From assembly GCA_903827945.1 (NCBI GenBank), contig CAIKKN010000009.1, positions 52,046 to 116,045 of the forward strand: DNA of 64,000 nt. Direction: 5' to 3'. The stretch comes from an uncultured Actinomycetes bacterium. GTDB taxonomy: Bacteria; Actinomycetota; Actinomycetes; Nanopelagicales; Nanopelagicaceae. Made by a program: the position numbers and the translations under genes. Within the stretch, counting starts at the first letter, position 1. The number at the start of each line of letters is the position of its first letter. Below the pieces are notes generated by a model. It was not told the DNA's origin. It worked only from the letters and a program-made list of their open reading frames with translations, and ran no database searches. Below, one piece after another: positions 47,289-56,669 of this stretch.

Positions 47289-47741
47289 ATGAGCGAATTG
47301 AATATTGAAGGCGCAAAGAGTGCTCACATCGGCCGCCGCGCCGTCTTATGTGGAGCGGTCGCGATTGCTCTTGGGATTTCTACAGATCTAGCGAGTGCAT
47401 CCGTCCCGGCTGTTGGAATCAAACAAATTGGAAAGAAAATTCAATTAGATCTTGCAAAGAATAAAGCGCTTGCGAAAGTTGGCGGCGCGGTGACAATTGA
47501 TCTTTCTAATGGATCCTCAGTTGCAATAGTGCGCACCAGCGCTGGCGTTAAAGGATTTACCGCTCTGAATTTGTCTTGTACTCACCAAGGAGTAACTGTT
47601 GAGCAACAAGGCTCTACGTGGGTCTGCCCTGCGCATGGTTCGGCATTTAGTTCTACTGGAAAAGTAGTTCGCGGCCCTGCCAACCAGGCACTATTTGCGT
47701 ACCCAGTCGCAGCGACCGCGAAAACCGTAACTATCGGTTAA
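47289..47741 (+). CDS. small Rieske [2Fe-2S] protein with a Tat-like signal
   Basis: Rieske ligands CTHQG...CPAHGS. N-terminal HIGRRAVLCGAVAIALG. Start at ATG 47289 after GAGGGAG. Confidence 0.8.
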   Translation: MSELNIEGAKSAHIGRRAVLCGAVAIALGISTDLASASVPAVGIKQIGKKIQLDLAKNKALAKVGGAVTIDLSNGSSVAIVRTSAGVKGFTALNLSCTHQGVTVEQQGSTWVCPAHGSAFSSTGKVVRGPANQALFAYPVAATAKTVTIG

Positions 47742-47761
47742 TTTGTTTTACTTTGTAAAGT

Positions 47762-48544
47762 TTAAATTCCAGCTTTACATGCAAGGGTGCGAAGGTTTAA
47801 AGCTTGTGTTGCACCTTCTGCAATTTGAGTAGAAACAGTCGCTTGTGAAGCGTTACTTGCATCGAGCTGAGTTTGCATTGTTGCAATCTGCGAAACTGCG
47901 CGAGCACGATCTGAATCTATTTTTGGACTAATCTTTGAATAATTGTCGAGCTGGCGTCCGTATGTGGTCAAGCTTGTTGAATAACCAGCTGCGGCTTTGG
48001 TCCAGTTTGCCTTATCTGTTGCAGAGACGGTTGTAACCGCTGCTTGCTTAAGCGCGTTGTCGCGCTTTACTGTGATTTCGGCGATTTTTGCAGTCAACTC
48101 TGTGATTGCAGCCGTGATACCAGTTGCTTTATGCATGGTCTTTGTTGTTGGGTCAGTCCACAGCGGATAAAGGTTTGTTTCGAGTGCTGCTTTCTTTTGA
48201 TCAAGAAGGACAACTACGTTCTTCCACGATGCAACGCTTGCTGTCATCTTTGTGATTGCAGCTGCTTGTTGTGATGTGAAGCTATCGCTATCTTTCTTGG
48301 TTGCAAGATAAGTCTTTGCTGCGGTTACGCAATCTGTAGTGACCCAAACCAACTTCTTGCTGGTTGTCGCGGGGTTAACTTGGCAAACGTAGGAGTTCTT
48401 GCCTGACTTTGCTTTCAGGCCTGACTTTGCACACGCAGCGCCTTGCTTAACGGCTGCAGCGTGAACAGGAGCGGCAACGCCGGCAATGAGCACGACGGCC
48501 ATGAGACCGATTGGGGCAATTTTCTTGGTTACCTTATTAAACAC
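47762..48544 (-). CDS. secreted hypothetical protein, Ala/Thr/Lys-rich with four Cys
   Basis: Signal peptide KKIAPIGLMAVVLIAGVAAPVHA. No recognisable catalytic motif. Start moved to GTG 48544, 5 nt after GGAGG. Confidence 0.6.
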   Translation of the reverse strand: MFNKVTKKIAPIGLMAVVLIAGVAAPVHAAAVKQGAACAKSGLKAKSGKNSYVCQVNPATTSKKLVWVTTDCVTAAKTYLATKKDSDSFTSQQAAAITKMTASVASWKNVVVLLDQKKAALETNLYPLWTDPTTKTMHKATGITAAITELTAKIAEITVKRDNALKQAAVTTVSATDKANWTKAAAGYSTSLTTYGRQLDNYSKISPKIDSDRARAVSQIATMQTQLDASNASQATVSTQIAEGATQALNLRTLACKAGI

Positions 48545-48729
48545 ATTAACCTCCATAGATTATGGGTCGAAGTCTAAGGCAGGGCCTCGGCTCTGCTCTG
48601 GAGATTGCCGCCGTACAAGGCGAGAATTTCCTGTGAATAGTTCCTTAAAAGTTCCTTGTCAGGGCAAATAGACGGGTCTAGACTGAAAAATCTACAGAAA
48701 GCGAAGTTAATCCTCATGAGGGGCCAACA

Positions 48730-49956
48730 ATGAAGGCGCTAGTAATTGGCGCGGGCGGAGTTGGCAGAGCTATCGCCAATATCGCCTCGCGCAAGAAATT
48801 CATCACATCTATGGTCGTTGCCGATCGCGAGCTCTCTCGGGCTGAAGGCGCCGTGACGCGCCTCAAGGACCCACGCTTTTCAGCAGCAGAAGTCAATGCG
48901 GCCGAACTTGAAGATCTTCGCGATCTCATTCGCAAAGTAAAGCCGGATATCGTCATCAACGCCGTGGATCCACGTTTTGTAATGCCAATCTTTTTAGCGT
49001 GTGAAATTGAAAGCACTAATTACATAGATATGGCTATGTCTCTTTCGCGCCCGCATCCTCATTACCCAAATTCTGAAACTGGCGTAAAACTTGGCGATGA
49101 ACAATTCGCTCGCGATTGGAATTGGAAGGAACGCGATATTTTTGCATTAGTCGGAATGGGAATTGAACCTGGAATGAGCGATGTTTTTGCTCGCTACGCC
49201 TCTGATCATCTTTTCTCTCGACTTGATTCAGTCATGATTCTAGATGGATCAAATCTCACAGTTGAAGGTTACGAATTTGCGCCGTCATTTTCGATTTGGA
49301 CCACCATCGAAGAATGTCTCAATCCTCCCATCGTTTGGGAAGATGGTCGCGGTTGGTACACAACTGAGCCATTTAGCGAACTCGAGATTTTTGATTTCCC
49401 CGAGGGAATTGGCCCCGTTGAATGCGTGAACGTCGAGCACGAGGAAGTAATCCTTATTCCTCAAAAAGTTGATGCAAAGAAAGTCAATTTCAAATACGGA
49501 CTAGGCGCGCAATTCATCACAACGCTCAAGACTATTCATATGCTTGGATTTGATCGCAAGGATCACGTCGACGTTCAAGGCATATCTGTTTCACCAAGAG
49601 ATTTGCTTGCTGCGTCCCTTCCAGATCCAGCAACTTTAGGTTCTCGCATGAAGGGCAAGACTTGTGCCGGAGCCCTTATCAAAGGGTTGGATAAAGCTGG
49701 CAAACCTTATGCATGCTACTTATATAACGTTGTTGATAATGAATGGTCGATGAAGGAATATGGCGATCAAGCAGTTGTTTGGCAGACAGCAATTAATCCA
49801 GTCATTGCAATGGAATTAATCCACAATGGAACGTGGAAGCCCGAAGGTGTTGCTGGGCCTGAATGGTTTGATGCAAAGCCATTCTTAGATTCTTTAGAGT
49901 CCTATGGCACAACATGGAATCTTCGCGAGGAAAGCGTTGAAGGAATCGTTCCTTAA
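48730..49956 (+). CDS. saccharopine dehydrogenase-family NAD(P)-binding protein
   Basis: 408 aa. N-terminal MKALVIGAGGVGRAIANIA Rossmann motif. Overall architecture is that of saccharopine/carboxynorspermidine dehydrogenases. Confidence 0.8.
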   Translation: MKALVIGAGGVGRAIANIASRKKFITSMVVADRELSRAEGAVTRLKDPRFSAAEVNAAELEDLRDLIRKVKPDIVINAVDPRFVMPIFLACEIESTNYIDMAMSLSRPHPHYPNSETGVKLGDEQFARDWNWKERDIFALVGMGIEPGMSDVFARYASDHLFSRLDSVMILDGSNLTVEGYEFAPSFSIWTTIEECLNPPIVWEDGRGWYTTEPFSELEIFDFPEGIGPVECVNVEHEEVILIPQKVDAKKVNFKYGLGAQFITTLKTIHMLGFDRKDHVDVQGISVSPRDLLAASLPDPATLGSRMKGKTCAGALIKGLDKAGKPYACYLYNVVDNEWSMKEYGDQAVVWQTAINPVIAMELIHNGTWKPEGVAGPEWFDAKPFLDSLESYGTTWNLREESVEGIVP

Positions 49957-49967
49957 TTTAGAAATTG

Positions 49968-50040
49968 TGTCCTAGGCGGGAGTTGAACCTGCGACCTACC
50001 GCTTAGGAGGCGGTTGCTCTATCCACTGAGCTACTAGGAC
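49968..50040 (-). tRNA. tRNA-Arg (anticodon CCT), CCA not encoded
   Basis: Minus-strand cloverleaf. Acceptor GTCCTAG/CTAGGAC. D arm GCTC-AGTGGATA-GAGC. Anticodon arm ACCGC-CTCCTAA-GCGGT. T arm GCAGG-TTCAACT-CCCGC, with one A-C mismatch. Confidence 0.85.
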
Positions 50041-50080
50041 CCTTATGAATTACTTAATCCATTGGGGAAGCCTAAGGGAT

Positions 50081-52180
50081 TTAGTGAGTGATGGTGAACC
50101 GCTTCATCCACTGTGGTGCCCACCAGTTGCGTTCGCCGAAGAGGCGCATCAAGGCAGGAACGAGTAGCCCACGAACAATTGATGCATCAACCAAGATGGC
50201 GAAAGCAACTCCGAAGCCAAGGGTCTTAATGGATGTAACTCCACTTGTCAGGAATGCAGCGAAGACGATTGCAAGCAACATTGCAGCTGCGGTGATAATG
50301 CGAGCCGAGCGTTGAAGTCCGGTTGCGACAGCTTCTATATTGCTCTTGCCTGCGTCATGCTCTTCTTTAATTCTTGAAAGTAAGAAGACCTCATAGTCCA
50401 TTGAAAGTCCGAATGTCACGACCGCTACCAGAATCACCATTGATGTATCAATAGTTCCAGTTACGGTGAACTTTCCAACTAACCACATGAGATGGCCTTC
50501 AACAAAAATCCATGTCATGGCGCCCATCATTGCCGAGAGGGAGAGCACGTTTAGGAGAACAGCCTTGATCGGCAAAATGACTGAACCTGTAAACAAAAAG
50601 AGAAGTATTAAAACTCCGAGAACAATCCAACCAAGAGCAAAAGGCAAAGTGCGAGAAATTCCATTTTGACTATCAGAATAATCCGCCGCTACTCCACCAA
50701 CAAGTGTTCCTTGCGGATGGGGAAGTGCTCGTATTTCATTGATCATTTTTTCGGCAGCCGGAGTTCTTGCTCCCATGGAATGAATGGCAGTAAATCTCAC
50801 CGTGTCACCTGCAACTTCACTCGGGTTAACTCGGACCACACCTGGAACTTTCGCTACTTGATTTGCGAAATCGAGTATTTGAGTTCCCATGCTTGCGCCT
50901 TTAGGAATAATGAATTCGATCGGGTTACCTTCTTGACCAGGGAAGTACTTGGCCATTATTTCTGCTGTTTGAGCAACTGGTGCACTAGCTGGCATGACGC
51001 GGCTATCGACTTGAGAGAAAACAACGCTCTTAACAGGCGCAGCAATAATGCCCAAGACAATGAGGGAGAGCACCACAACGGTTACTGGGCGGCGCATCAC
51101 AAATCTTGCAGTCTGCGCCCAACGGCCATCTTCTTTAGGAGTAATTGCGCTCTTGCGAACAACAAGCTTGTCGACGCGGTTGCCAAGCATCGCAAGGATG
51201 GCAGGGAGAGGTATTAAGGCTCCAAGTATTGCCATCGCAACAACGGTTACTCCGGCATATCCAAACGACTTCAAGAACATTTGCGGGAAGAACAACAGAG
51301 ATGCAAGAGTGATGATTACAGTGATTCCTGAATAGAAAACTGTTTTACCAGCGGTTGCGACCGTTTTAACAATTGCATCTTCAACAGTTTTTCCGTGATG
51401 TATTTCTTCACGGAAGCGATTCACAATCAGAAGTGCGTAATCAATTCCAAGCCCAAGTCCCATTCCTGTAATGAGATTGAGGGCAAAAATGGATACTCCA
51501 GTAAATAACGTGATGAGATAGATAAAGAAGAAGGCTCCGAGAATCGCGCTAAGACCAACAACCAGCGGCATTGCCGAAGCAATCAAACTTCCGAATACAA
51601 AAGCGAGCAGAATGAAAGTAAGAGGAATCGATAGTGATTCTGCTACGGCTAAGTCTTTTGAAATCTTTGTACTTATTGCATAATTAAAAACTGACATGCC
51701 GCCTGCATAAACACGGAAACTCTTGTAAGTTCCTTCATATTTGGTCTCGATTATTTTTCCTAGATCCTTTGCCTTCAGAGGATCAACTTCTGTTGAGTAG
51801 ATGAAAAAATATGCAGCCTTCTTGTCTTGACTCACAAGTGTTAGCGCTCCACCGGCGCTCCAATAAGAGAGAGTTTTTGCAACGCCCTTTTCGGCTTTGA
51901 TTGCGCTCTCGAGTGAAGCTGCATCTGAAACGGCAACTGGGTCTGTCACGTCATTATTTGAGCGCACAACCAAAATGGCGGCAGGATCCTTCACATGAAA
52001 GGTGTCGCTGATGTAAGTAGCGGCTTTAGCTGAGTCACTCTTGGGATCTGAATATCCACCGCTATCAAGCTTTGCAAAGGCAAGGGATCCAATTCCACCT
52101 GCTGCGATTATCGCGATGATGAAGAGTACAAAGACTGACTTCTTCCGGCGCACAATGAACTTTCCGAGGCTTATAAACAT
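50081..52180 (-). CDS. MMPL-family (RND superfamily) membrane transporter
   Basis: 699 aa. Two 5-6-TM bundles separated by large extracytoplasmic domains. Typical MMPL blocks GIDYALLIVNRFREE and GLSMDYEVFLLSRIKEE. Confidence 0.9.
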   Translation of the reverse strand: MFISLGKFIVRRKKSVFVLFIIAIIAAGGIGSLAFAKLDSGGYSDPKSDSAKAATYISDTFHVKDPAAILVVRSNNDVTDPVAVSDAASLESAIKAEKGVAKTLSYWSAGGALTLVSQDKKAAYFFIYSTEVDPLKAKDLGKIIETKYEGTYKSFRVYAGGMSVFNYAISTKISKDLAVAESLSIPLTFILLAFVFGSLIASAMPLVVGLSAILGAFFFIYLITLFTGVSIFALNLITGMGLGLGIDYALLIVNRFREEIHHGKTVEDAIVKTVATAGKTVFYSGITVIITLASLLFFPQMFLKSFGYAGVTVVAMAILGALIPLPAILAMLGNRVDKLVVRKSAITPKEDGRWAQTARFVMRRPVTVVVLSLIVLGIIAAPVKSVVFSQVDSRVMPASAPVAQTAEIMAKYFPGQEGNPIEFIIPKGASMGTQILDFANQVAKVPGVVRVNPSEVAGDTVRFTAIHSMGARTPAAEKMINEIRALPHPQGTLVGGVAADYSDSQNGISRTLPFALGWIVLGVLILLFLFTGSVILPIKAVLLNVLSLSAMMGAMTWIFVEGHLMWLVGKFTVTGTIDTSMVILVAVVTFGLSMDYEVFLLSRIKEEHDAGKSNIEAVATGLQRSARIITAAAMLLAIVFAAFLTSGVTSIKTLGFGVAFAILVDASIVRGLLVPALMRLFGERNWWAPQWMKRFTITH

Positions 52181-52368
52181 GGGACTATTCTCCCATCCAT
52201 AATTGCCCGCATTGACCGGAGTACACTTAAACTGTGAGTGAAAAGATAATTAAACCTTTGATTCCTGCAAAGACTGCAGATGAAGAACAGAAGGAAGCCT
52301 CTGAAGTTGCATCTGAAAACTCAAGAGATGAAGAGATTAAGCGAGATCGCCCGCCGCATTACTAGGAA

Positions 52369-52563
52369 TTATTCGGCGGCTGGTTTAGCCCGCGAATCAG
52401 TCTTATAAAAACCTGAACCCTTAAAAACGACTCCCACATTTGCATAAACCTTACGAACTTCGCCTCCGCATTTTGGACATATCGTTATTGGGGCATCGTT
52501 AAATGACTGCAGGAGCTCAAAAGCGTGCTCGCAAGCGTTGCAAGCGTATTCGTACGTAGGCAT
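52369..52563 (-). CDS. FmdB-family zinc-ribbon protein
   Basis: 64 aa. MPTYEYACNACEH...CPKCGG (CxxC...CxxC), then SGFYKTD. Confidence 0.85.
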   Translation of the reverse strand: MPTYEYACNACEHAFELLQSFNDAPITICPKCGGEVRKVYANVGVVFKGSGFYKTDSRAKPAAE

Positions 52564-52617
52564 ACCCCGTATTGTAAGGAAGTGAGAAGATTGCCCCTAA
52601 TCGGTGAAGGGAAGACC

Positions 52618-53199
52618 ATGAAACTGCGTGTAATTGCAGCGACATTCGCTCTAGCGCTGTCTATCTCGACCCCAGCTCACGCAAACACTTTGGTCTCAAC
52701 ATCACCTACCTCGGGCTCCGTTCTAGTGGCTGCCCCGAATGCTGTTTCGGTTGTGGGCACATCAACCCTTCAGGCAGATGGAAATCAACTTTCGGTTGTA
52801 GATCCAAAAGGAAATGCAATTGATGATGGGTCAGTAACAGTTGCCGACACTTCTTTGGTCGTCGGGCTCAAACCGTTAACGACTGCAGGCGTCTACACAG
52901 TTTCTTACACATTGCTCGCTTCGGGCGAAGATCCGCTTCAAGGTTCCTTTACTTTTGTATATAACGCACCAGCAGCAATTTCATCAGCAACTCCTACGCC
53001 AAGCCCGACTTCTTCTCATACTGCTGGCAAGACGGCTTCAAGTCACGGGGCGGCAATCTTTGTTGTTGTAATTTTCTTACTTGGCTGGGCAGTTCTTCTT
53101 TTCCTTATTTGGTATGCACGCGCACTTTGGCGCCAAGGCCAGAAGAGGAAGCGTAAATCCACCAAGAAGAAATCCACGCCGAGCACACGTAAAGAATAG
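52618..53199 (+). CDS. copC: CopC-domain copper-binding protein with a C-terminal TM anchor and Lys-rich tail
   Basis: Signal peptide ending STPA|HA, which would give a mature N-terminal His as in CopC. HANTLVSTSPTSGSVL matches the CopC N-terminal pattern. Start at ATG 52618 after GAAGGGAAG. Confidence 0.78.
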   Translation: MKLRVIAATFALALSISTPAHANTLVSTSPTSGSVLVAAPNAVSVVGTSTLQADGNQLSVVDPKGNAIDDGSVTVADTSLVVGLKPLTTAGVYTVSYTLLASGEDPLQGSFTFVYNAPAAISSATPTPSPTSSHTAGKTASSHGAAIFVVVIFLLGWAVLLFLIWYARALWRQGQKRKRKSTKKKSTPSTRKE

Positions 53200-53212
53200 G
53201 TAAGAGTAGATA

Positions 53213-55066
53213 TTGTTTATTCAAGCGTTGTCGCATGCACACTCAACTTCTAATAGTTTTGTAGCAATCCTCTCTCCGATCATTAAAGATTTCAACCTCC
53301 TGGCTGCCACCTGCACAATCGGATTGTTATTCGCCGTTTCATTTTTTATTGAAGAGAAAAAGGGGTTCCTTCAAGTTGAGGGGCTGCGAGTTAAGAAGTT
53401 AGCCGAGCTTGCTCTGCTTATCTGGCTAGTCACAATTGTCGGTTCTGTCTTTACGGAATTGGCGGTGGTCTTAGGGGGCAGCTTCACAGAAGCGTTTAGC
53501 GAAGCGCTTTTGAGATACTTCGTACTTCACACGGTTATTGGCCGCACATTCCTTGCTCAATTCGTAATCGCGCTTTTCGTACTTCTACTCTTGAAGCGTG
53601 CGAAAAAGGTGGGAGCAACTTATTGGGCTCTTGGCTTCTCGCTTCTGGTCACAATTCTGCCTGTGTTTCAAAGCCATTCCAGCGGCTTAAGCAACCATTC
53701 AATAGCAATTGGATCACTTGTCTTCCACGTTATTTTTATGACTCTTTGGGCAGGAGGAGTACTTGGCCTCTTTATTATCTCTCCAGAAGAACGGGCTAAT
53801 TCACTTTCTCGCTTTAGCGTTTTTGCTCTTTGGGCAGCAATCATTGTCTCTATAAGTGGTGCGTTGAATGCTTACAGCAGATTGAATTTTCTTGCTGCGT
53901 GGAACTCGCCATATGCCTCTCTTGTGCTTTTGAAGTTTGTATTGACGGTCCTACTAATAGCTTTTGGTTCACGGCACCGTGATTACATCATTGCAAAGAA
54001 GGCGAATGCAACATACTCACTGCTCGGTATGGAAATTGTTGTTATGGTTTCAACGATTGCAGTAGGTGGATGGCTTTCAACGTTGCAACCCCCTTCTCGC
54101 GAAGTTAAGACGCTTCCCATACAACCGCCAAATTTGAGCCGTTTATTCTGGTCGTATTCTCCGGATGTTCTCTTTCTTGGAATCCTATTAATTGTGAGCG
54201 CACTTTATATCCGGGGTCTTGTCTTGCTTGCCCGCCGCGGAGATAAATGGCCGGTTGGCCGCACAATTGCATTCTTCTGCGGAGTTGGGTTTGCAGATTA
54301 CGCAACAAGTGGTGGCATTGGAATTTATGCCCAGTATGCATTTTCTTATCACATGATTGCTCACATGATTCTTGGAATGATTGCGCCAATTGGATTTGTG
54401 CTGAGTGCGCCAATCACTCTGGCTCTTCGAACGCTGCCGATTGGTCGCACTCATGATGAACGAGGAATACGTGGTTCTGTCATAACGTTAATACATTCCA
54501 AGGTGATGGGCTTCTATACAAATCCTGTCGTAGCTCTGGCAATATTTGATGGTTCTCTTTTCTTGTTATACATGACTCCACTTTTTGGCTCAATGATGCG
54601 AAGTCACACAGGTCACCTGATTATGGATATTCACTTTTTGCTTGCTGGATACCTGTTCTTCCATGTGATAATTGGCGTTGATCCAAATCCTCGAAAAGTG
54701 CCGCACATCGTTCGCATAATCATTCTTTTTGCAGCAATGAGCATCCATGCTTTCTTCTCAATCGCCCTGCTCTCAACGTCATCGCTCTTAGATGGTGGTT
54801 ATTTCGCCTCTTTCCACCGAAGTTGGAATACGGATCTGTTGATTGATCAACACCTTGGCGGATCTATTGGATGGGCGATGGGCGAGATCCCAATTCTCAT
54901 TGCTCTCGTTGCCACATTCATTCAATGGGTGAGAGATGACTCGCGTGAGGCAAACAGGATTGATAGGGCAGCAGATCGAGCTGATGCCATGGGCGAAGAT
55001 GACGAATTGGCCGAGTACAATCGCCATCTTGCAACTTTGCGTGGCTACGATGAACAAATCGGCTAG
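53213..55066 (+). CDS. fused CopD-family copper-resistance membrane protein / CtaG-like cytochrome c oxidase assembly domain
   Basis: 617 aa and polytopic. The N-terminal half is CopD-like. The C-terminal half carries the Caa3-CtaG-like YHMIAHMILGMIAP block. TTG start is uncertain. Confidence 0.75.
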   Translation: MFIQALSHAHSTSNSFVAILSPIIKDFNLLAATCTIGLLFAVSFFIEEKKGFLQVEGLRVKKLAELALLIWLVTIVGSVFTELAVVLGGSFTEAFSEALLRYFVLHTVIGRTFLAQFVIALFVLLLLKRAKKVGATYWALGFSLLVTILPVFQSHSSGLSNHSIAIGSLVFHVIFMTLWAGGVLGLFIISPEERANSLSRFSVFALWAAIIVSISGALNAYSRLNFLAAWNSPYASLVLLKFVLTVLLIAFGSRHRDYIIAKKANATYSLLGMEIVVMVSTIAVGGWLSTLQPPSREVKTLPIQPPNLSRLFWSYSPDVLFLGILLIVSALYIRGLVLLARRGDKWPVGRTIAFFCGVGFADYATSGGIGIYAQYAFSYHMIAHMILGMIAPIGFVLSAPITLALRTLPIGRTHDERGIRGSVITLIHSKVMGFYTNPVVALAIFDGSLFLLYMTPLFGSMMRSHTGHLIMDIHFLLAGYLFFHVIIGVDPNPRKVPHIVRIIILFAAMSIHAFFSIALLSTSSLLDGGYFASFHRSWNTDLLIDQHLGGSIGWAMGEIPILIALVATFIQWVRDDSREANRIDRAADRADAMGEDDELAEYNRHLATLRGYDEQIG

Positions 55067-55078
55067 TAAACTTCGCAA

Positions 55079-56194
55079 GTGACTTTTCCTCGTTTAGGCG
55101 TAATCGGTGCAGGGCAACTTGCTCGCATGATGGCAGCGCCCGCAACGCACATGGGAATCAATCTCCGCCTTCTGGCTCAAGACTCAACCGACAGCGCCGC
55201 GCAAATTTGCGAACACGTAGTCGGAAATCCAAATGACGCCCAAGCGGTTCTAGATTTCGCACGAACGTGCGATGTCGTAACTTTTGAACATGAACAAGTT
55301 CCGCAATCTGTGATCAAAAACTTGGAACAGAATGGAATCAAGGTTTATCCGCGTTCAGATTCCTTTATTTACTCCCAAAATAAAGTGGAGATGCGAAAGA
55401 AAATGGATGAGCTAAACCTTCCTAATCCGAAATGGCAGGAATATTCAGGTGGCGATACTTCAATAAAGTTTCCGCTGATCGCAAAGACAATCACTGGCGG
55501 CTATGACGGACGCGGAGTATTTGTTGTAAAAACTCCAGAAGAACTTTCGTCAATTCATAAGGAAATTGGAAAGACTCTCTTGCTCGAGGAGATGCTTGAG
55601 TTTGATTGCGAAATTGCCATTATGGTCGCACGTTCACCTCATGGACAGGCAGCAACATGGGCCGCAACATGGACGATTCAAGAAGATGGAATTTGCACAA
55701 CAACGGTAACTCCGGTCCCAGAACTTACAGATGAACTGTCCAGCGCCGCAGCATCAATCGCTCTCACAATTGCACAGGGAATTTCACTCGTCGGAGTCAT
55801 GGCTGTGGAACTCTTCAGAGTTGGAGATCGCTTAATCATCAACGAATTGGCGATGAGACCACACAATTCTGGGCACTGGACTATTGAAGGTTCAGTTACT
55901 TCTCAATTTGAACAACACATCCGTGCGGTTTTGGATCTGCCGCTCGGGGATACCGCTCTCACTTCACCATGGGCTGTAATGGGAAATATCCTCGGAGGGG
56001 AAAAGACTGATATGTATCGCCCATATCTCCACTTAATGGCACGCACGCCTGGCTTGAAATTCCATCATTACAGAAAAGAAGTTCGCCCTGGTCGCAAGAT
56101 TGGCCATGTCACTTTATTGGGAAGTGACCTCGTAGAATTACGGCATGAAGTGCAGCATGCACTTGACTACCTGAGCGGAGCGGTCGATGAGTAA
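55079..56194 (+). CDS. purK: N5-carboxyaminoimidazole ribonucleotide synthase
   Basis: 371 aa. ATP-grasp. N-terminal [26 protein letters not shown] block. GTG start. Overlaps purE by 8 nt. Confidence 0.93.
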   Translation: MTFPRLGVIGAGQLARMMAAPATHMGINLRLLAQDSTDSAAQICEHVVGNPNDAQAVLDFARTCDVVTFEHEQVPQSVIKNLEQNGIKVYPRSDSFIYSQNKVEMRKKMDELNLPNPKWQEYSGGDTSIKFPLIAKTITGGYDGRGVFVVKTPEELSSIHKEIGKTLLLEEMLEFDCEIAIMVARSPHGQAATWAATWTIQEDGICTTTVTPVPELTDELSSAAASIALTIAQGISLVGVMAVELFRVGDRLIINELAMRPHNSGHWTIEGSVTSQFEQHIRAVLDLPLGDTALTSPWAVMGNILGGEKTDMYRPYLHLMARTPGLKFHHYRKEVRPGRKIGHVTLLGSDLVELRHEVQHALDYLSGAVDE

Positions 56195-56669
56195 GCACGT
56201 TGCAATCATTATGGGTTCTGATTCTGATTGGCCGGTCATGGAAGCTGCCGCAAAAGTTCTTGATGAGTGCGGAATTTCTTATGAAGCAAGTGTTCTAAGT
56301 GCGCATCGCACTCCAGAAGAAATGATGATCTTCGCAAAAGGCGCAGCATCATCCGGCTTCAAAGTAATCATTGCAGGTGCCGGTGGCGCTGCGCATCTTC
56401 CAGGAATGGTTGCTGCGGCAACAACACTTCCAGTCATTGGAGTCCCTGTTCCGCTTAAGTACTTAGATGGAATGGATTCACTTCTTTCCATTGTTCAAAT
56501 GCCGGCAGGAATTCCAGTTGCAACAGTAGGCATTGGAAACGCTAAGAATGCTGGCTTGCTTGCCGCCAGAATAATTGGAAGCACTGATGCTGCGGTGTCG
56601 GCAAAAGTTGCTGAACTTATGGAAATTGCGAAAACAGAATCTCTTTCTAAGAGCGTCCCAAAGCCCTAA
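56187..56669 (+). CDS. purE: N5-carboxyaminoimidazole ribonucleotide mutase
   Basis: 160 aa. [19 protein letters not shown] and [13 protein letters not shown] motifs of class I PurE. Confidence 0.95.
   Translation: MSKHVAIIMGSDSDWPVMEAAAKVLDECGISYEASVLSAHRTPEEMMIFAKGAASSGFKVIIAGAGGAAHLPGMVAAATTLPVIGVPVPLKYLDGMDSLLSIVQMPAGIPVATVGIGNAKNAGLLAARIIGSTDAAVSAKVAELMEIAKTESLSKSVPKP

Noticed and set aside
49968-50040. Possibility that tRNA-Arg(CCT) is a pseudogene because of an A-C mismatch in the T stem
   Set aside because: All other stems, the D and T loops and the anticodon loop are canonical. A single non-Watson-Crick pair is common in functional tRNAs.
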